DNA of 63,080 nt, the filler included, from Chiloscyllium plagiosum (taxonomy: Eukaryota), in assembly GCF_004010195.1 (NCBI RefSeq). It is 4 parts of one record of this genome, joined end to end, with 100 filler letters (N's around TTAATTAATTAA, not from the genome) between each part and the next. Parts side by side here need not be neighbours in the genome. Positions count along the whole stretch, not along the records: positions 27,491 to 51,955 come from NC_057711.1; positions 52,056 to 59,069 come from NC_057711.1; positions 59,170 to 63,080 come from NC_057711.1; 1 more part is not named here. One strand, given 5' to 3'. Positions 47,734-59,893 of this stretch are shown here, piece by piece. The notes under the pieces are model-generated. The model had not been told where the DNA came from, made no database searches, and was given only the letters and a program-made list of their open reading frames with translations. The translations under genes were made by a program, and so were the position numbers. Numbering within the stretch: position 1 is the stretch's first letter; each line of letters begins with the position of its first letter.

Positions 47734-50700
47734 GGTGAGCCTGGAGATGGGACCAGGTGGACAGTGGCGAGGTGGGTGGTGAGCCTGGAGATGGGACCAG
47801 GTGGACAGTGGCGAGGTGGGTGGTGAGCCCGGAGATGGGACCAGGTGGACAGTGGCGAGGTGGGTGGTGAGCCCGGAGATGGGACCGGGTGGACATCGAC
47901 GAGGTGGGTGGTAAGCCCGGAGATGGGACCAGGTGGACATTGACGAGGCTGGTGGTGAGCCCGGACATGGGATCAGGTGGACATTGGTGAGGTGGGTGGT
48001 GAGTCCGAAGATGGGAATGTGTGGTCAGTGGTGTGGTGCATGGTGAGGCTGGAGTTGGGACCACTTGGACATTGGCGAGGTGGGTGGTGAGCCCGGAGAT
48101 GGGTCCAGGTGGTCAGTGGCGAAGTGAGTGGTGAGCCTGGAGATGGGACCAGCTGGAGAGTGGCGAGGTGGGAGGTGAGCCCGGAGATGGGTCCAGGTGG
48201 TCAGTGGCAAGGTGGGTGGTGAGCCCGGAGATGGGACCAGCTGGAGAGTGGCGAGGTGGGCGGTGAACCCGGAGATGGGACCGGGTGGACAGTGGCGAGG
48301 TGGGTGATGAGCAGGAGGTGGGACCGGGTGGACAGTGTCGAGGTGGGTGGTGAGCCCGGAGATGGGACCAGGTGGACAGTGGCGAGGTCGGTGGTGAGCC
48401 CAGAGATGGGACCGGGTGGACATTGGCAAGGTGGGTGGTGAACCCGGAGATGTGGTTGTGTGAACAGCAGCGAGGTGGGTGGTGAGCCTGGAGATGGGAC
48501 TGAGTGGACATTGGTAAGGTGGGTGGTAAGCCCGGAGATGGGGTTGTGTGGACAGCAACGAGGTGGGTGGTGAGCCCGGAGATGGGACCGGGAGGAGATT
48601 GACGAGGTGGGTGATGAGCCCGGAGATGGAGACCGGGTGTACAGTGGCGAGGATGTGGTGAGCCCGGAGATTGGAGCGGGTGGACAGTGGTGAGGTGGGT
48701 GGTTCAGCCCGGAGATGGGACCGGGTGGACCGTGGCGAGGTGGGTGGTGAGTCCGGAGATGGGACCAGGTGGACAGTGGCGAGGTGGGTGGTGAGGCTGG
48801 AGATGGGACCAGGTGGACAGTGGCGAGGTGGGTGGTGAGGCTGGAGATGGGACCAGTTGGACTTTGGCGAGGTGGGTGGTGAGCCCGGAGTTGGGACCGG
48901 GTGGACAGTGGGCGATGTGGGTGGTGAGCCCGGAGATGGGACCGGGTGGACAGTGGCGACGTGGGTGGTGAGGCTGGTGATGGGACCAATTGGACATTGG
49001 TGAGGTGGGTGGTGAGCCCGGAGATGGTACCGGGTCGACATTGGTGAGGTGGGTGGTGAGCCCGGAGATAGGTCCAGGTGGTCAGTGGCGAGGTGGGTGG
49101 TGAGCCCAGTGATGGGACCAGCTGGACATGGCGAGGTGGGTGCTGAGCCCAGAGAGGGGACCGGGTGGACAGTGGCGAGGTGGGTGGTGAGCGCGGAGAT
49201 GGGACCGGGTGGACAGTGGCGAGGTCGGTGGTGAGCCCGGAGATGGGACCAGGTGTACAGTGGCGAGGTGAGTGGTGAGGCTGGAGATGTGACCAGTTGG
49301 ACTTTGGCGAGGTGGGTGGTGAGCCCGGAGTTGGGACCGGGTGGTGAGCCCGGAGATGGGACAAGTTGGACTTTGGCGAGGTGGGTGGTGAGCCCGGAGT
49401 TGGAACCGCGTGGACAGTGGCGATGTGGGTCGTTCAGTCCGGAGATGGGACCGGGTGGACCGTGGCGAGGTATGTCGTGAGTCCGGAGATGGGACCAGGT
49501 GGACAGTGGCGAGGTTGGTGGTGAGCCCGGAGATGGGACCAGGTGGACAGTGGCGAGGTGGGTGGTGAAGCTGGAGATGGGACCAGTTGGACTTTGGCGA
49601 GGTGGGTATTGAGCCCAGAGTTGGGACCGGGTGGACAGTGGCGAGGTGTGTGGTGAGCCCGGAGATGGGACCAGGTGGACAGTGGCGACGTGTGTGGTGA
49701 GCCCAGAGATGGGACCAGGTGGACAATGGCATGGTGTGTGGTGAGCCCGGAAATGGGACCGTGTGGACAGTGGCGAGGTGGGTGGTGAGCCCGGAGATGA
49801 AACCGGGTGGACAGTTGCGTGATTGGTGGTGAGCCCGGAGATGGGACCAGGTGGACAGTGGCGAGGTCGGTGGTGAGCCCGGACATGCTAACATGTGGAC
49901 AGTGGCGATGTGGGTGGTGAGCCCAGAGATGGGACCGAGTGGACAACGGCGAGTTGTGTGGTGAGCCCGGAGGTGGGACCGGGTGGACTGTGGCGATGTG
50001 GATGGTGAGCCCGGAGATGGGACCGAGTGGACAACGGCGAGTTGAGTGGTGAGCCCGGAGATGGGACCAGGTGGACAGTGGCGAGGTGGGTGGTGAGGCT
50101 GGTGATGGGACCAATTGGACATTGGTGAGGTGGGTGGTGAGCCCGGAGATGGTACCGGGTCGACGTTGGTGAGGTGGGTAGTGAGCCCGGAGATGGGTCC
50201 AGGTGGTCAGTGGCGAGGTGGGTGGTGAGCCCAGTGATGGGACCAGCTGGACAGTGGCGAGGTGGGTGCTGAGCCCAGAGAGGGGACCGGGTGGACAGCG
50301 GCGAAGTGGGTGGTGAGCCCGGAGATGGGACCGGGTGGACAGTGTCGAGGTGGGTGGTGAGCCCGGAGATGGGACCGGGTGGACTGTGGCGAGGTGGGTG
50401 GTGAGCCCGGAGATGGGACTGGGTGGACTGTGTCGAGGTGTGTGGTGAGCCCGGAGATGGGACCGGGTGGACTGTGGCGAAGTGGGTGGTGAGCCCGGAG
50501 ATGGGACCGGATGGACAGTGTCAAGGTGTGTGGTGAGCCCGGAGATGGGACCGTGTGGACTGTGGCGAGGTGGGTGGTGAGCCCGGAGATGGGACCGGGT
50601 GGACTGTGGCGAGATGCGTGGTGAGCCCGGAGATGGGACCAGGTGGACAGTGGTGAGGTGGCTAGTGAGCCTGTTGATGGGACCAGTTGGATATTGGAGA

Positions 50701-51955
50701 TGTGTGTGGTGTGCTCAGAGATGGTGCTGGGTGGACAGTGGCGAGGTGGATAGTGAGCCCGGAGATGGGACCAGGTGGACAGTGGCGAGGTGGGTGGCGA
50801 GGCTGGAGATGGGACAAGTTGGACATTGGCGAGGTGGGTCGTGAGTCTGGAGATTGGACCAGGTGGACATTGGTGAGGTGGGTGGTGAGCCCGGAGATGG
50901 GGTTGTGTGTACAGCAGCGAGGTGGGTGGTGAGCCTGGAGATGGGACTAAGTGGACATTGGTAAGGTGGGTGGTAAGCCCAGAGATGGGGTTGTGTGGAC
51001 AGCAACGAGGTGGGTGGTGAGCCCGGAGATGGAGACCGGGTATCCAGCGGTGAGGATGTGGTGAGCCCGGAGATGGGAGCGGGTGGACAGTGGCGAGTTG
51101 GGTGGTTCAACCCGGAGATGGGACCAGGTGGACAGTGGCGAGGTCGGTGGTGAGTCCGGAGGTGGGACCAGGTGGACAGTGGCGAGGTGGGTGGTGTGGC
51201 TGGAGATGGGACCAGTTGGACTTTGGCGAGGTGGGTGGTGAGCCCAGAGTTGGGACCGGGTGGACAGTGGCGAGGTGGGTGGTGAGCCCGGAGATGGGAC
51301 CAGGTGGACAGTGGCGAGGTGGATGGTGAGCCCGATGTTGGGACCGGGTGTACAGTGGCGAGATGGGTGGTGAGGCTGGAGGTGGGACCAGTTGGACTTT
51401 GGCGAGATGGGTGGTGAGCCCCGAGTTGGGACCGGGTGGACAGTGGCGAAGTGGGTGGTGAGCCCGGAGATGGGACCGGGTGGACAGTGGCGACGTGTGT
51501 GGTGAGCCCAGAGATGGGACCAGGTGGACAATGGCGAGGTGGGTGGTGAGCCCGGAGATGGGACCGGGTGGACAGTGGCGAGGTGGGTGGTGAGCCCGGA
51601 GATGGGACCGGGTGGACAGTTGCGTGATGGGTGGTGAGCCCGGAGATGGGACCAGGTGGACAGTGGCGAGGTCGGTGGTGAGCCCGGACATGGGACCAGG
51701 TGGACAGTGGCGAGGTGGGTGTTGAGCCCGGAGATGGGACCGAGTGGACAACCGCGAGTTGAGTGGTGAGCCCGCAGGTGGGACCGGGTGGACTGTGGCG
51801 ATGTGGATGGTGAGCCCGGAGATGGGACTGAGTGGACAACGGAGAGTTGAGTGGTGAGCCCGGAGATGGGACCAGGTGGACAGTGGCGAGGTGGGTGGTG
51901 AGGCTGGTGATGGGACCAATTGGACATTGGTGAGGTGGGTGGTGAGCCCGGAGAT
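47734..51955. repeat. 44-bp G-rich minisatellite (about 96 units, truncated by the gap)
   Basis: Unit ggtgagcccggagatgggaccaggtggacagtggcgaggtgggt; first two units start at 47734 and 47778. Confidence 0.97.
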
Positions 51956-52055
51956 NNNNNNNNNNNNNNNNNNNNNNNNNNNNNNNNNNNNNNNNNNNNT
52001 TAATTAATTAANNNNNNNNNNNNNNNNNNNNNNNNNNNNNNNNNNNNNNNNNNNN
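51956..52055. other. Artificial contig spacer
   Basis: N44-TTAATTAATTAA-N44. Confidence 0.95.
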
Positions 52056-54155
52056 TGTACCTATCCCTTTCCATCGCTAAACTAAACGTAACTGAATTAT
52101 GGTCACTCTCTCCAAAGTGCTCACCTACAACTAAATGAAACACCTGCCCTTGTTCATTACCAAGCACCAGATCCAGTGTGGCCTCCCCTCTTGTCGGCCC
52201 TTTGACATACTGTGTCAGGATACCCTCCTGTACACATTGGACAAAAACTGATCCATCCGACGTACTAGAGCTATAAAATTTCCAGTCAATGTTGTGGAAG
52301 TTAAAGTCCCCCATAATGACCATCCTGTTCCTTTCACTCCTACCCAGAATAATGTTGCTAATCCTCTCTTCCACCTCCCTGGAACTCTGCGGAGGTCTAT
52401 AAAAAACTCCAAGAAGTGTGACCTCTCCTCTCCTGTTTCTAACCTCAGACCACACTACCTCAGTAAACGATTCCTCATCAAAAGTTCTCTCAGCCACCGT
52501 TACACTATCTTTGACTAACAAGGCCATGCCTCCCCTTCTTTTACCGCCTTGCCTGCTTTTAATAAAAGATCTAAACCCTGGAACCTGCAACATCCATTCC
52601 TCACCCTGCTCTATCCATGTCTCCGAAATGGCCACAACATCGAAGTCCCAGGTACCTATCCATACTGCAAGCTCACCTACCTTATTTTGGATACTTCTGG
52701 CGTTGAAGTAGACACACTTCAAACCACTTTGCTGTCTGCCAGCACATTCCTGTGACCCTGAAATCCTGTCCCTGTCCTTCCTACTCTCATCCTTCTGTGC
52801 ACTGAAACTACACCTCCGATTTCCATCCCCTTGCTGAGCTAGTTTAAACCTACCCAAATAGCACCAGCAAATTTCCCACCCAGGATATTAGTACCCCTCT
52901 GGTTTAAGTGAAGACCGTCCTGTTTGTACAAATCCCACCTTCCCCAGAATGAGCTCCAATTATCCAAAAACCTGAAACCCTTCCTCCTGCACCATCCTTG
53001 CAGCCACGTGTTTAGCTGACATCTCTCCCTATTCCTTGCCTCGCGATCACGTGGCACAGGGAACAATCCAGAGATAACAACTTTGTTTGTTCTCACTCTC
53101 AGCTTCCACCCTAGTTCCCTGAAATCCTGCCTTACATCCCTATCCCTCTTTCTACCTATGTACCTACACGGACCACGACTTGAGGCTGGTCACCTACTCC
53201 CATCAGGACCCCAAAGATACGATCCGAGAGATCACGGACCCTGGCACCTGGGAGGCAACACACCAACTGCGATTCTCATTCGTTCCCAACAAACCTTCTA
53301 TCTGAGCCTCTAACTATTGAGTCCCCAATGACTAACACTCTCCTCCTTTCCCTCCTTCCCTTCTGTGCAACAGGGACAGGCTCTGTGCCAGAGCCCTGGG
53401 CCCCACTGCATACCCCTGGTAAGTTGTCCCCCTCAACAGTATCCAAAATGGTATACATGGTTTTCGGGGGAATGTCCACAGGGGAGCCCTCCACTGACTG
53501 TTTTTTCCCTTTTCAAACAGTCACCCAGCTTTCTTCATGCCTAGGAGTAACTACTTCCCTGTAACTCCTATCTATCACAGCCTCTGCCTCCCGAATGATC
53601 CGAAGTTCATCCAGCTCAAGCTCCAGTTCCCTAACACGGTCTTGGAGGAGCAAGAGTTGGGTGCACGTCCTGCAGATATACTTGGATGGAACACTATTGG
53701 AGTCCTTGACCTCAAACATCATGCAGGAGGAGCATTGCTCTCCCTGCACTGCCATCCCTGCTAGTCCCCTAGTCACAAAGTATGTTATGTCCCTGGTCTT
53801 TAAAGTTAGAGGAGGTGGTTGGGTGGGAGGCTCTACAAAGGTAGGGTCGCGGGTTGAGAAGACACTGACTTACATAGCAGGATGGAAATAAAAATAAGAA
53901 GTCCCTCCTTTCCCAGAAACTTCTGCTCTCTGACTTCAAATTTAAAAGCACAAATCCATGACTCACAGCTCCCGGTAGGCTCCTGGTGCAAGCTCCCGCC
54001 CTTCGAGTTGCTACTGCCACTGAAAAACAGAAATGGAGGATTCCTGCGCTTGTGGTAAGTTTTTAAAGGCACAAATCAGTGACACACCGCTCCCGGCAGG
54101 CCCCTGATGCAAGCTCCCGCCCTTTGAGTTGCTGCTACCAGTGCCACTGAAAAAC
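52056..54155 (-). mobile_element. CR1 LINE 5' half: 5'UTR, ORF1 (Zn finger/leucine zipper plus SGNH esterase) and ORF2 APE endonuclease
   Basis: CSSCMMF...CRTC and LQDRVRELELEL; VIGDSIVRG; DGLHLNQRG; YFNARSI...ISETW...YRPP...GDFN...SDHN. ORF1 is frameshifted. Confidence 0.93.
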
Positions 54156-54965
54156 ATCACAAGTACAGATCAAAAAAGCATATCCCAATAGTAAAAGCTG
54201 GGAAATCCCACTCTGTATATTCCTCAAATTCAAAAAGCTTCTGTTCAACACTACTCTTTGTTTCCCGTAACTCAACCAACCTCATTCCAATAACCCAACA
54301 TTACTGTTCTCTTCAAGTTCCTTATCTGACCTACTGAGGGTTTCCAGTATTTTCTGTTTATATTTCAGATGCCTGGATTTTGTAAATTGTTTTGTATGTA
54401 AAATAAATTTACATCTCCATTTTCACTAAAATGCATAAAGTTAAAATTTGTGAAAAACAGACTGAGTACCTTGTGCGTTATCACCACAGTGAAATGATTG
54501 CAAATGATTAATAGCTGTGTCAGAGAACTGTCACACTCATACAGTACAACAAGGATTTTGTAAGTTGCTTTCTCAAGAGTAGACCACTTTGGATGCCCTC
54601 CATATTTCATTCAACTGATGAATTGTGGAGTGAGAGATTGCTAGCCTTGTCTTGATTTCAGTGCTGTGTATTTGTGGACCTAGATTCACAATGGGCTGAA
54701 ATGTCACACTACGCTCACCATGAATTTTCTTTGAATGTATCTTTTGTTAGTGATGATCCACACAAAATCCATAATTCACTATTTCAGCTCTTCACCCATC
54801 AAGGATAGGTCTTGATTGTCTTTGGTTATTAGGGCAGTCTTCCTCGGCATATCTGATGTTCCAGAAGTTTTGACCATCATTACCATCTCCAAGATGTTCT
54901 GAGACAGCAGAACTGATGCCTGTCATAAACTTTTCTCCTTTGACATTAAAACTTATTTAATAGTA

Positions 54966-55322
54966 CAGGTACACAATCTTCTATCTGAAATTCCAAAATC
55001 TGAAAGCTCTATAATATTTTTTTGGAGTGTGGAGCGTCATTTTGGCGTGCGAGCAGGTGACCCAACTCCACACCCACTCGAACCACATCACCCAGATGTG
55101 ACATAGCGGTGTGGCCCAGCACAGGCTTTACCAGCGCCACACTCTCAGCACTAGCAAGTGTCAATTGTATCTTAGAACTCATACTAATCATACATGTGGT
55201 TGCTGTTAGGTAATTTTTTTGATTTCACCGTGAAAATGTCATTTCTTCCGAAATCCAAAAAAATTCCGAATTCCAAAAAACAACTGGATCCCAAGGATTT
55301 TGGATAAAGGATTGTGTTCCTG
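54966..55322. mobile_element. Tc1/mariner (Tigger/pogo-like) non-autonomous MITE
   Basis: TA on both sides; imperfect TIRs of about 28 bp: caggtacacaatcttctatctgaaattcc and (reverse complement of right end) caggaacacaatcctttatccaaaatcc. Confidence 0.8.
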
Positions 55323-56164
55323 TACTTTGAAATGCATAGGGATGAAAGGTGAATTGTAAATAAGGCTGATGAGAAGACAATTACAGTTTTTGAAAAGTTG
55401 GTCTTGGCAAAGCGACTTTCGAGCAATGAAATTGGCCACATGAAACTTTGAATTCCAGCATTTGATGAAGTTTTTAGCTGAATTGATGAAGTTGTTTTGG
55501 GCAATAGCTGGTGACAATAGGAAATAAACTATCAGGAAAGAATGGGTCAGGATGGAGAAAGATCTGGATAGGTGGACATAATCAGAAATTGGACACATGA
55601 CAGTGGTGCATAAAGTTGTGATGAACAGAGCGAGATGTCCCTAGCCCCTCATAGACCGTAGCTAATTATGGATGGATGGTTGGAAAGCTATAACAGCACC
55701 ACACACATTCCCACACCGCCCCCCCCCCACCCCCCCAACCTTACTGCCACACATCTTACTATTGATAGTCATCTATCAGTTTTAATTTGATGTATGAAAT
55801 GCCAACAATTTTGTTTTGTCCAGCACTCACATTTTTTCTGATAGTATCAAAATAGCTACAGAATACAGAATAAATGGTAAGCAGCAAATAGGCGGCTAGT
55901 TTTTCTTTTGTTCTGAAACAATTTTATGATTTCAGGCACAATGATTTCGGCAGGAGAGAGTTCCCTTTGTTTCTTTATTGTAATAATTATGTGCTTTGTT
56001 GCGCATTAACGTTCCCCTTAGCATATTATTTTGCAAAAAACAACCCTTTGTTTTCCCATTTAGAGTGTAAATTTGGAAGGGTTTTCAAAAACTTTGTGCA
56101 AACAGCAGCTCCTTACTATATCTGATACTAGGGAAACATCATTTCAAGTCTTTAAAAAGGTCAG

Positions 56165-56470
56165 TCTTTGCTCGGTGGTATTTTCACCTCTCATTTAGAA
56201 AGCTGTATTGTTCAGTCCTACTCCAGAGTGCCAAACACATAATTTGACATAATTCATCAATACGGGACAGAAAACAATTCCACCATTGGAACTGTCATCT
56301 TTCAAGCAAGACATTCAACTGAAGACCTGTCTACTCCTTTAAGATGACATTATAGATTCTACGGAATTCAAATTATCCCTCAATAAACATAAAAAAATTC
56401 TAGGTCATTTATGTCATGTATGAGTCTCAGCATTGCCCCCATAGACTTATTCTTCCTTGTCTGAATGTAA
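56165..56470 (+). mobile_element. Highly diverged tRNA-headed DeuSINE-like fragment
   Basis: gctcggtggta head, gttcagtcctactccagag, tatccctcaa...; weak, recalled similarity only. Confidence 0.4.
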
Positions 56471-56889
56471 ATGTTTCAATGCATTTCCTCATGATTCAAA
56501 GCCTTGATTTTCAGCTTCATTCTTGTTACCCGTTTGCAATACGTAATGGTCTGCTGAGCCTGGACTCAATTTTACCTTTTCTATTGGTGGTGTGCCCTAA
56601 GTCACAATGTAGCATAACAGAGGCCACTACAAGGTATGAAAAGAGTAGTGAGGCAGACATTTCCCAGCCCATGAGCAACATTGGCAGAGGTAAGTCAACT
56701 GGAAAAATATGGGAAGAACAGAAAATTAAGGTTGTCAATGATGAGGGAAAAAAAGCCCAATTTTATGCATAGGAATTTTAACAACTGGATGAGAATCTCA
56801 TTAGTGAGTGTGGATGGACCACTTTGCATGCGTTGACACCTCATTATTATCTAATCGTGCCTCGTTGATATACAGTTTGCTTTTTTTTT

Positions 56890-57200
56890 AATTCATTGAT
56901 GGAATTGGTGACTAGGTCAGCATTTACTCTCGGTACATACCCAGAGCATTGCTGAGGCCTGGAGTCAGGGTGGCAGAATTCTTCCCCAAAATAACATTAA
57001 TAAAGCAGATAGGTTTTTGCAATAATCAATAGTGATTACATGGTTGCTATTAAGATCGCTTTTTAACTGCAGATTCTTTTAATAAACTGAATTCAAATTT
57101 CATCATCTGTCCCAGTTGGCTTTGAACCAATGTACCCAGAACATTATCCTGGGGCACTAGGTTTCTAGTCTAGTGACATTAGCACCGCATCATCTCCCTC
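56890..57200 (-). mobile_element. tRNA-derived SINE (32195-32540 family, diverged)
   Basis: tgaattcaaatttcatcatctg...tttgaacc...cccagaacatta. Confidence 0.55.
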
Positions 57201-58651
57201 CAGTCAATTCAGAGAAACTAGCTGGTGACAATACACGATGAAAGTCTGAGTGAGGAATTGGCAGCTGCAGTTTGCCGGAATTTTCTCCAGTACCCATCAT
57301 GGCCAGGATTCCCAAAATCTCAGGGCATATTACATGGACTCTGACCCTCTGCATCCTTTGTCCACAAAGGTTGGCATTGGGCGTGTACCAACTTCACCTC
57401 ATCACCACAGCCAGTCTTTGTCTCATTGGTAATGGAGCTCAGCAACCCCTTCTATTGCAATGCTGCTGACTAAGCTATCTTGTGCTCTGGGACTGCTCCC
57501 CATCTCATGAATCAGAACAGGGTATATCTCAAGGCACTTAGCTAGCTGTCCTGTGACTTGTATGTTTAATGTATATCTATCTTGTTTCACTTTTGTGTGC
57601 ATTGCTATCTCATTCAGAATTTAAAGTTTTGCACTAGTTCTTTCTTGCTTTGTTTTTTTTAACTGCAGGCACAAAGTCTCAATTTTGCCAGTCAAGAGGG
57701 TGGACATGTTTCAATACACACTGCACTCTGCCAAGGGGTTTGTCATTGGTCAGGGGATCCTGCTACGTTCAGTCAAGAGTGTCGTCCAGTATCAGTCCAG
57801 GGGCTAAGGTATGGTCAGTCAGCCGCTTGTGGTAATCACAGCTATGGGTTCTGTATCCATGCAGTTCAGACAGTGGGTCATGGCCAGTCCTGCAGATCCA
57901 GTGCATCTGTTCTAGAGAATGGCGACCCTTCCATTAAGCCAGGGTCCCAGGCTATGATGGAGATGGTTGGCCTCAATGTTTTTTTGTGGGTGACCCCAGG
58001 GGGAAGGGAAAGTCAAAATAAAATTTTCTAAGAGCACAGAGGGGACACTGGTGATACATTTTGCAAATATATGTTCACTTTTCATCATCATCTGTGTGAA
58101 TGGATGTCATTTTAGGTGCAGTTACAAGAACTTAACTAGAGAAGCTAATCATCCTCAGAGTCGCACAATATTCTAACATGCTGAAAGTGTCCTGGCCAGG
58201 TTAGTGGTTGAATGCTCAGACACATCTGAAGTGTCCTGAGAAGCTACCTCAGGAGGAATTTGTGTATGGTTCCTCTTTCACCTATCTCCTTGTATGGAAA
58301 GGGCACCTGGAGTGAGGTCTATGTCCTTTAACCCCCCCATTTAGGGTGTATCTAAATGAATGCCTCAAGGGGATCCTTACTAGAGACTCTCGAACTTCAG
58401 TTACTTACAATTATATCAAAGATTTAGGTTAGGGGTGGAATAGTAATGTATCCAAAATTGATGATCAGATAAAGCTGGGTAGGCAAATAAGTTGTGAGCA
58501 GAACACAAAGAAGACAGTTTTCTCCATGATAAAGAGGAATTTTACATGACCAGTTACCTCCACTGAAATTGGATTTCTCCTTGTGTCTGGAATCTGCGTT
58601 GAGGAAATTAGATTAGCTATGAGCTGTCTGTTCTCAGGGCATCTCCTTTGG

Positions 58652-58775
58652 GGAGGTAAAAACAACGACTGCAGATGCTGGAAACCAGATTCTAGATTAG
58701 TGGTGCTGGAAGAGCACAGCAGTTCAGACAGCATCCAAGGAGCTTCGAAATCGAAGTTTCGGGCAAAAAACTTTT
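58652..58775 (-). mobile_element. Family B-related PLE terminus (degraded)
   Basis: gactgcagatgctgga...gtggtgctggaagagcacagcag...tttcgggc. Confidence 0.6.
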
Positions 58776-59069
58776 ATCCACCCCACCTTCATAACCAGTG
58801 CTGCTCAAACATTCCAGAAAATTCCCCTAGCCTCGGAACCTATTCCGCCATTCGCTATGCGGCTAATACAGCTGCCACCCCCACGTTGATTGATGATGTC
58901 ACTTCTGGCCCCATCATGGCCACTCCCACAACCGCTTCCACCTCTCACAATTCCTCATGCATCACACGTGACATCACTTCCGCCCCTCACATCATCGCTG
59001 ATGCCACATGCTCAGTGACTTCCGCCACCCCTACTGCCGTTGTCACCACCACTTCCACCCCCACCAGCG

Positions 59070-59169
59070 NNNNNNNNNNNNNNNNNNNNNNNNNNNNNNN
59101 NNNNNNNNNNNNNTTAATTAATTAANNNNNNNNNNNNNNNNNNNNNNNNNNNNNNNNNNNNNNNNNNNN
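59070..59169. other. Artificial contig spacer
   Basis: N44-TTAATTAATTAA-N44. Confidence 0.95.
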
Positions 59170-59412
59170 ATTGAAAGGAAGAAGCGGAGGGCTTTAAGTC
59201 CTTCGTGATGGGGATGGAGGTGTACAGGGACTGGATGTCTATGGTGAAGATAAGGCGTTGGGGACCGGGGAAGCGAAAATCATGGAGGAGGTGGAGGGCG
59301 TGGGTGGTGTCCCGAACGTAGGTGGGGAGTTCTTGGACTAAGGGGAACAGGACCGTGTCAAGGAATGCAGAGATGAGATCGGTGGGGCAGGAGCAGGCTG
59401 AGACAATGGGTC
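59170..59412 (-). mobile_element. Penelope-like reverse transcriptase fragment
   Basis: PIVSACSCPTDLISAFLDTVLFPLVQELPTYVRDTTHALHLL...LIFTIDIQSLYTSIP matches the PLE RT pattern RPIVS...DxxSLYTxIP. Confidence 0.85.
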
Positions 59413-59765
59413 CTAGATGTCTAGGAATACTTAAGACCGGATGAGAAGGAAAAGATAGGCTTTTCGCAGGTACAAAACAATGGAGACTGAAACGGAGTAA
59501 AGAAAGTTCAGGGTGGAACTTAAGAAATAAATTAGGAGAGCAGAGAGAGGGCATGAGAAAACTCCTGAAGGTAAGATTAGGGGGAATCCCAAGAATATTT
59601 TATATGTATATCAAAGAGAAAACCATACCAGATAAAGAGTAGGACCCATTTGTGACAAAGGAGGCAATCTGTGCGAGGAGCTTGAGGACATTACCAGGGT
59701 ATAAAATGAATACTTCGGTTTTGCATTCACTTTGGAGGAGGAGGAAGTAGGTACATAATTTAGAA

Positions 59766-59893
59766 AGGAGAAAGTGAGGACTGCAGATGTTGGAGATCAG
59801 AATTGAAAAGTGTGGTGCTGGAAAAGCACAGCTGGTCTGTCAACATCTGAGGAAAGTCGATGTTTCAGGCATAAGCCCTTTATCAGGAATGAG
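59766..59893 (-). mobile_element. Family B PLE terminus inserted in a decayed + strand CR1 fragment (about 59430-60050)
   Basis: aggagaaagtgaggactgcagatg...tttcaggcataagccctttatcaggaatgagg; host reads LKVDKSPGPDELYP. Confidence 0.75.

Noticed and set aside
47587..51927. His/Pro-rich ORFs of up to 387 aa
   Set aside because: Translations of a 44-bp unit that is not a multiple of 3; the same text appears in every frame.
47734..51955. CRISPR-like or zinc-finger array
   Set aside because: The units are contiguous with no unique spacers, the context is eukaryotic, and there is no 84-bp C2H2 period.
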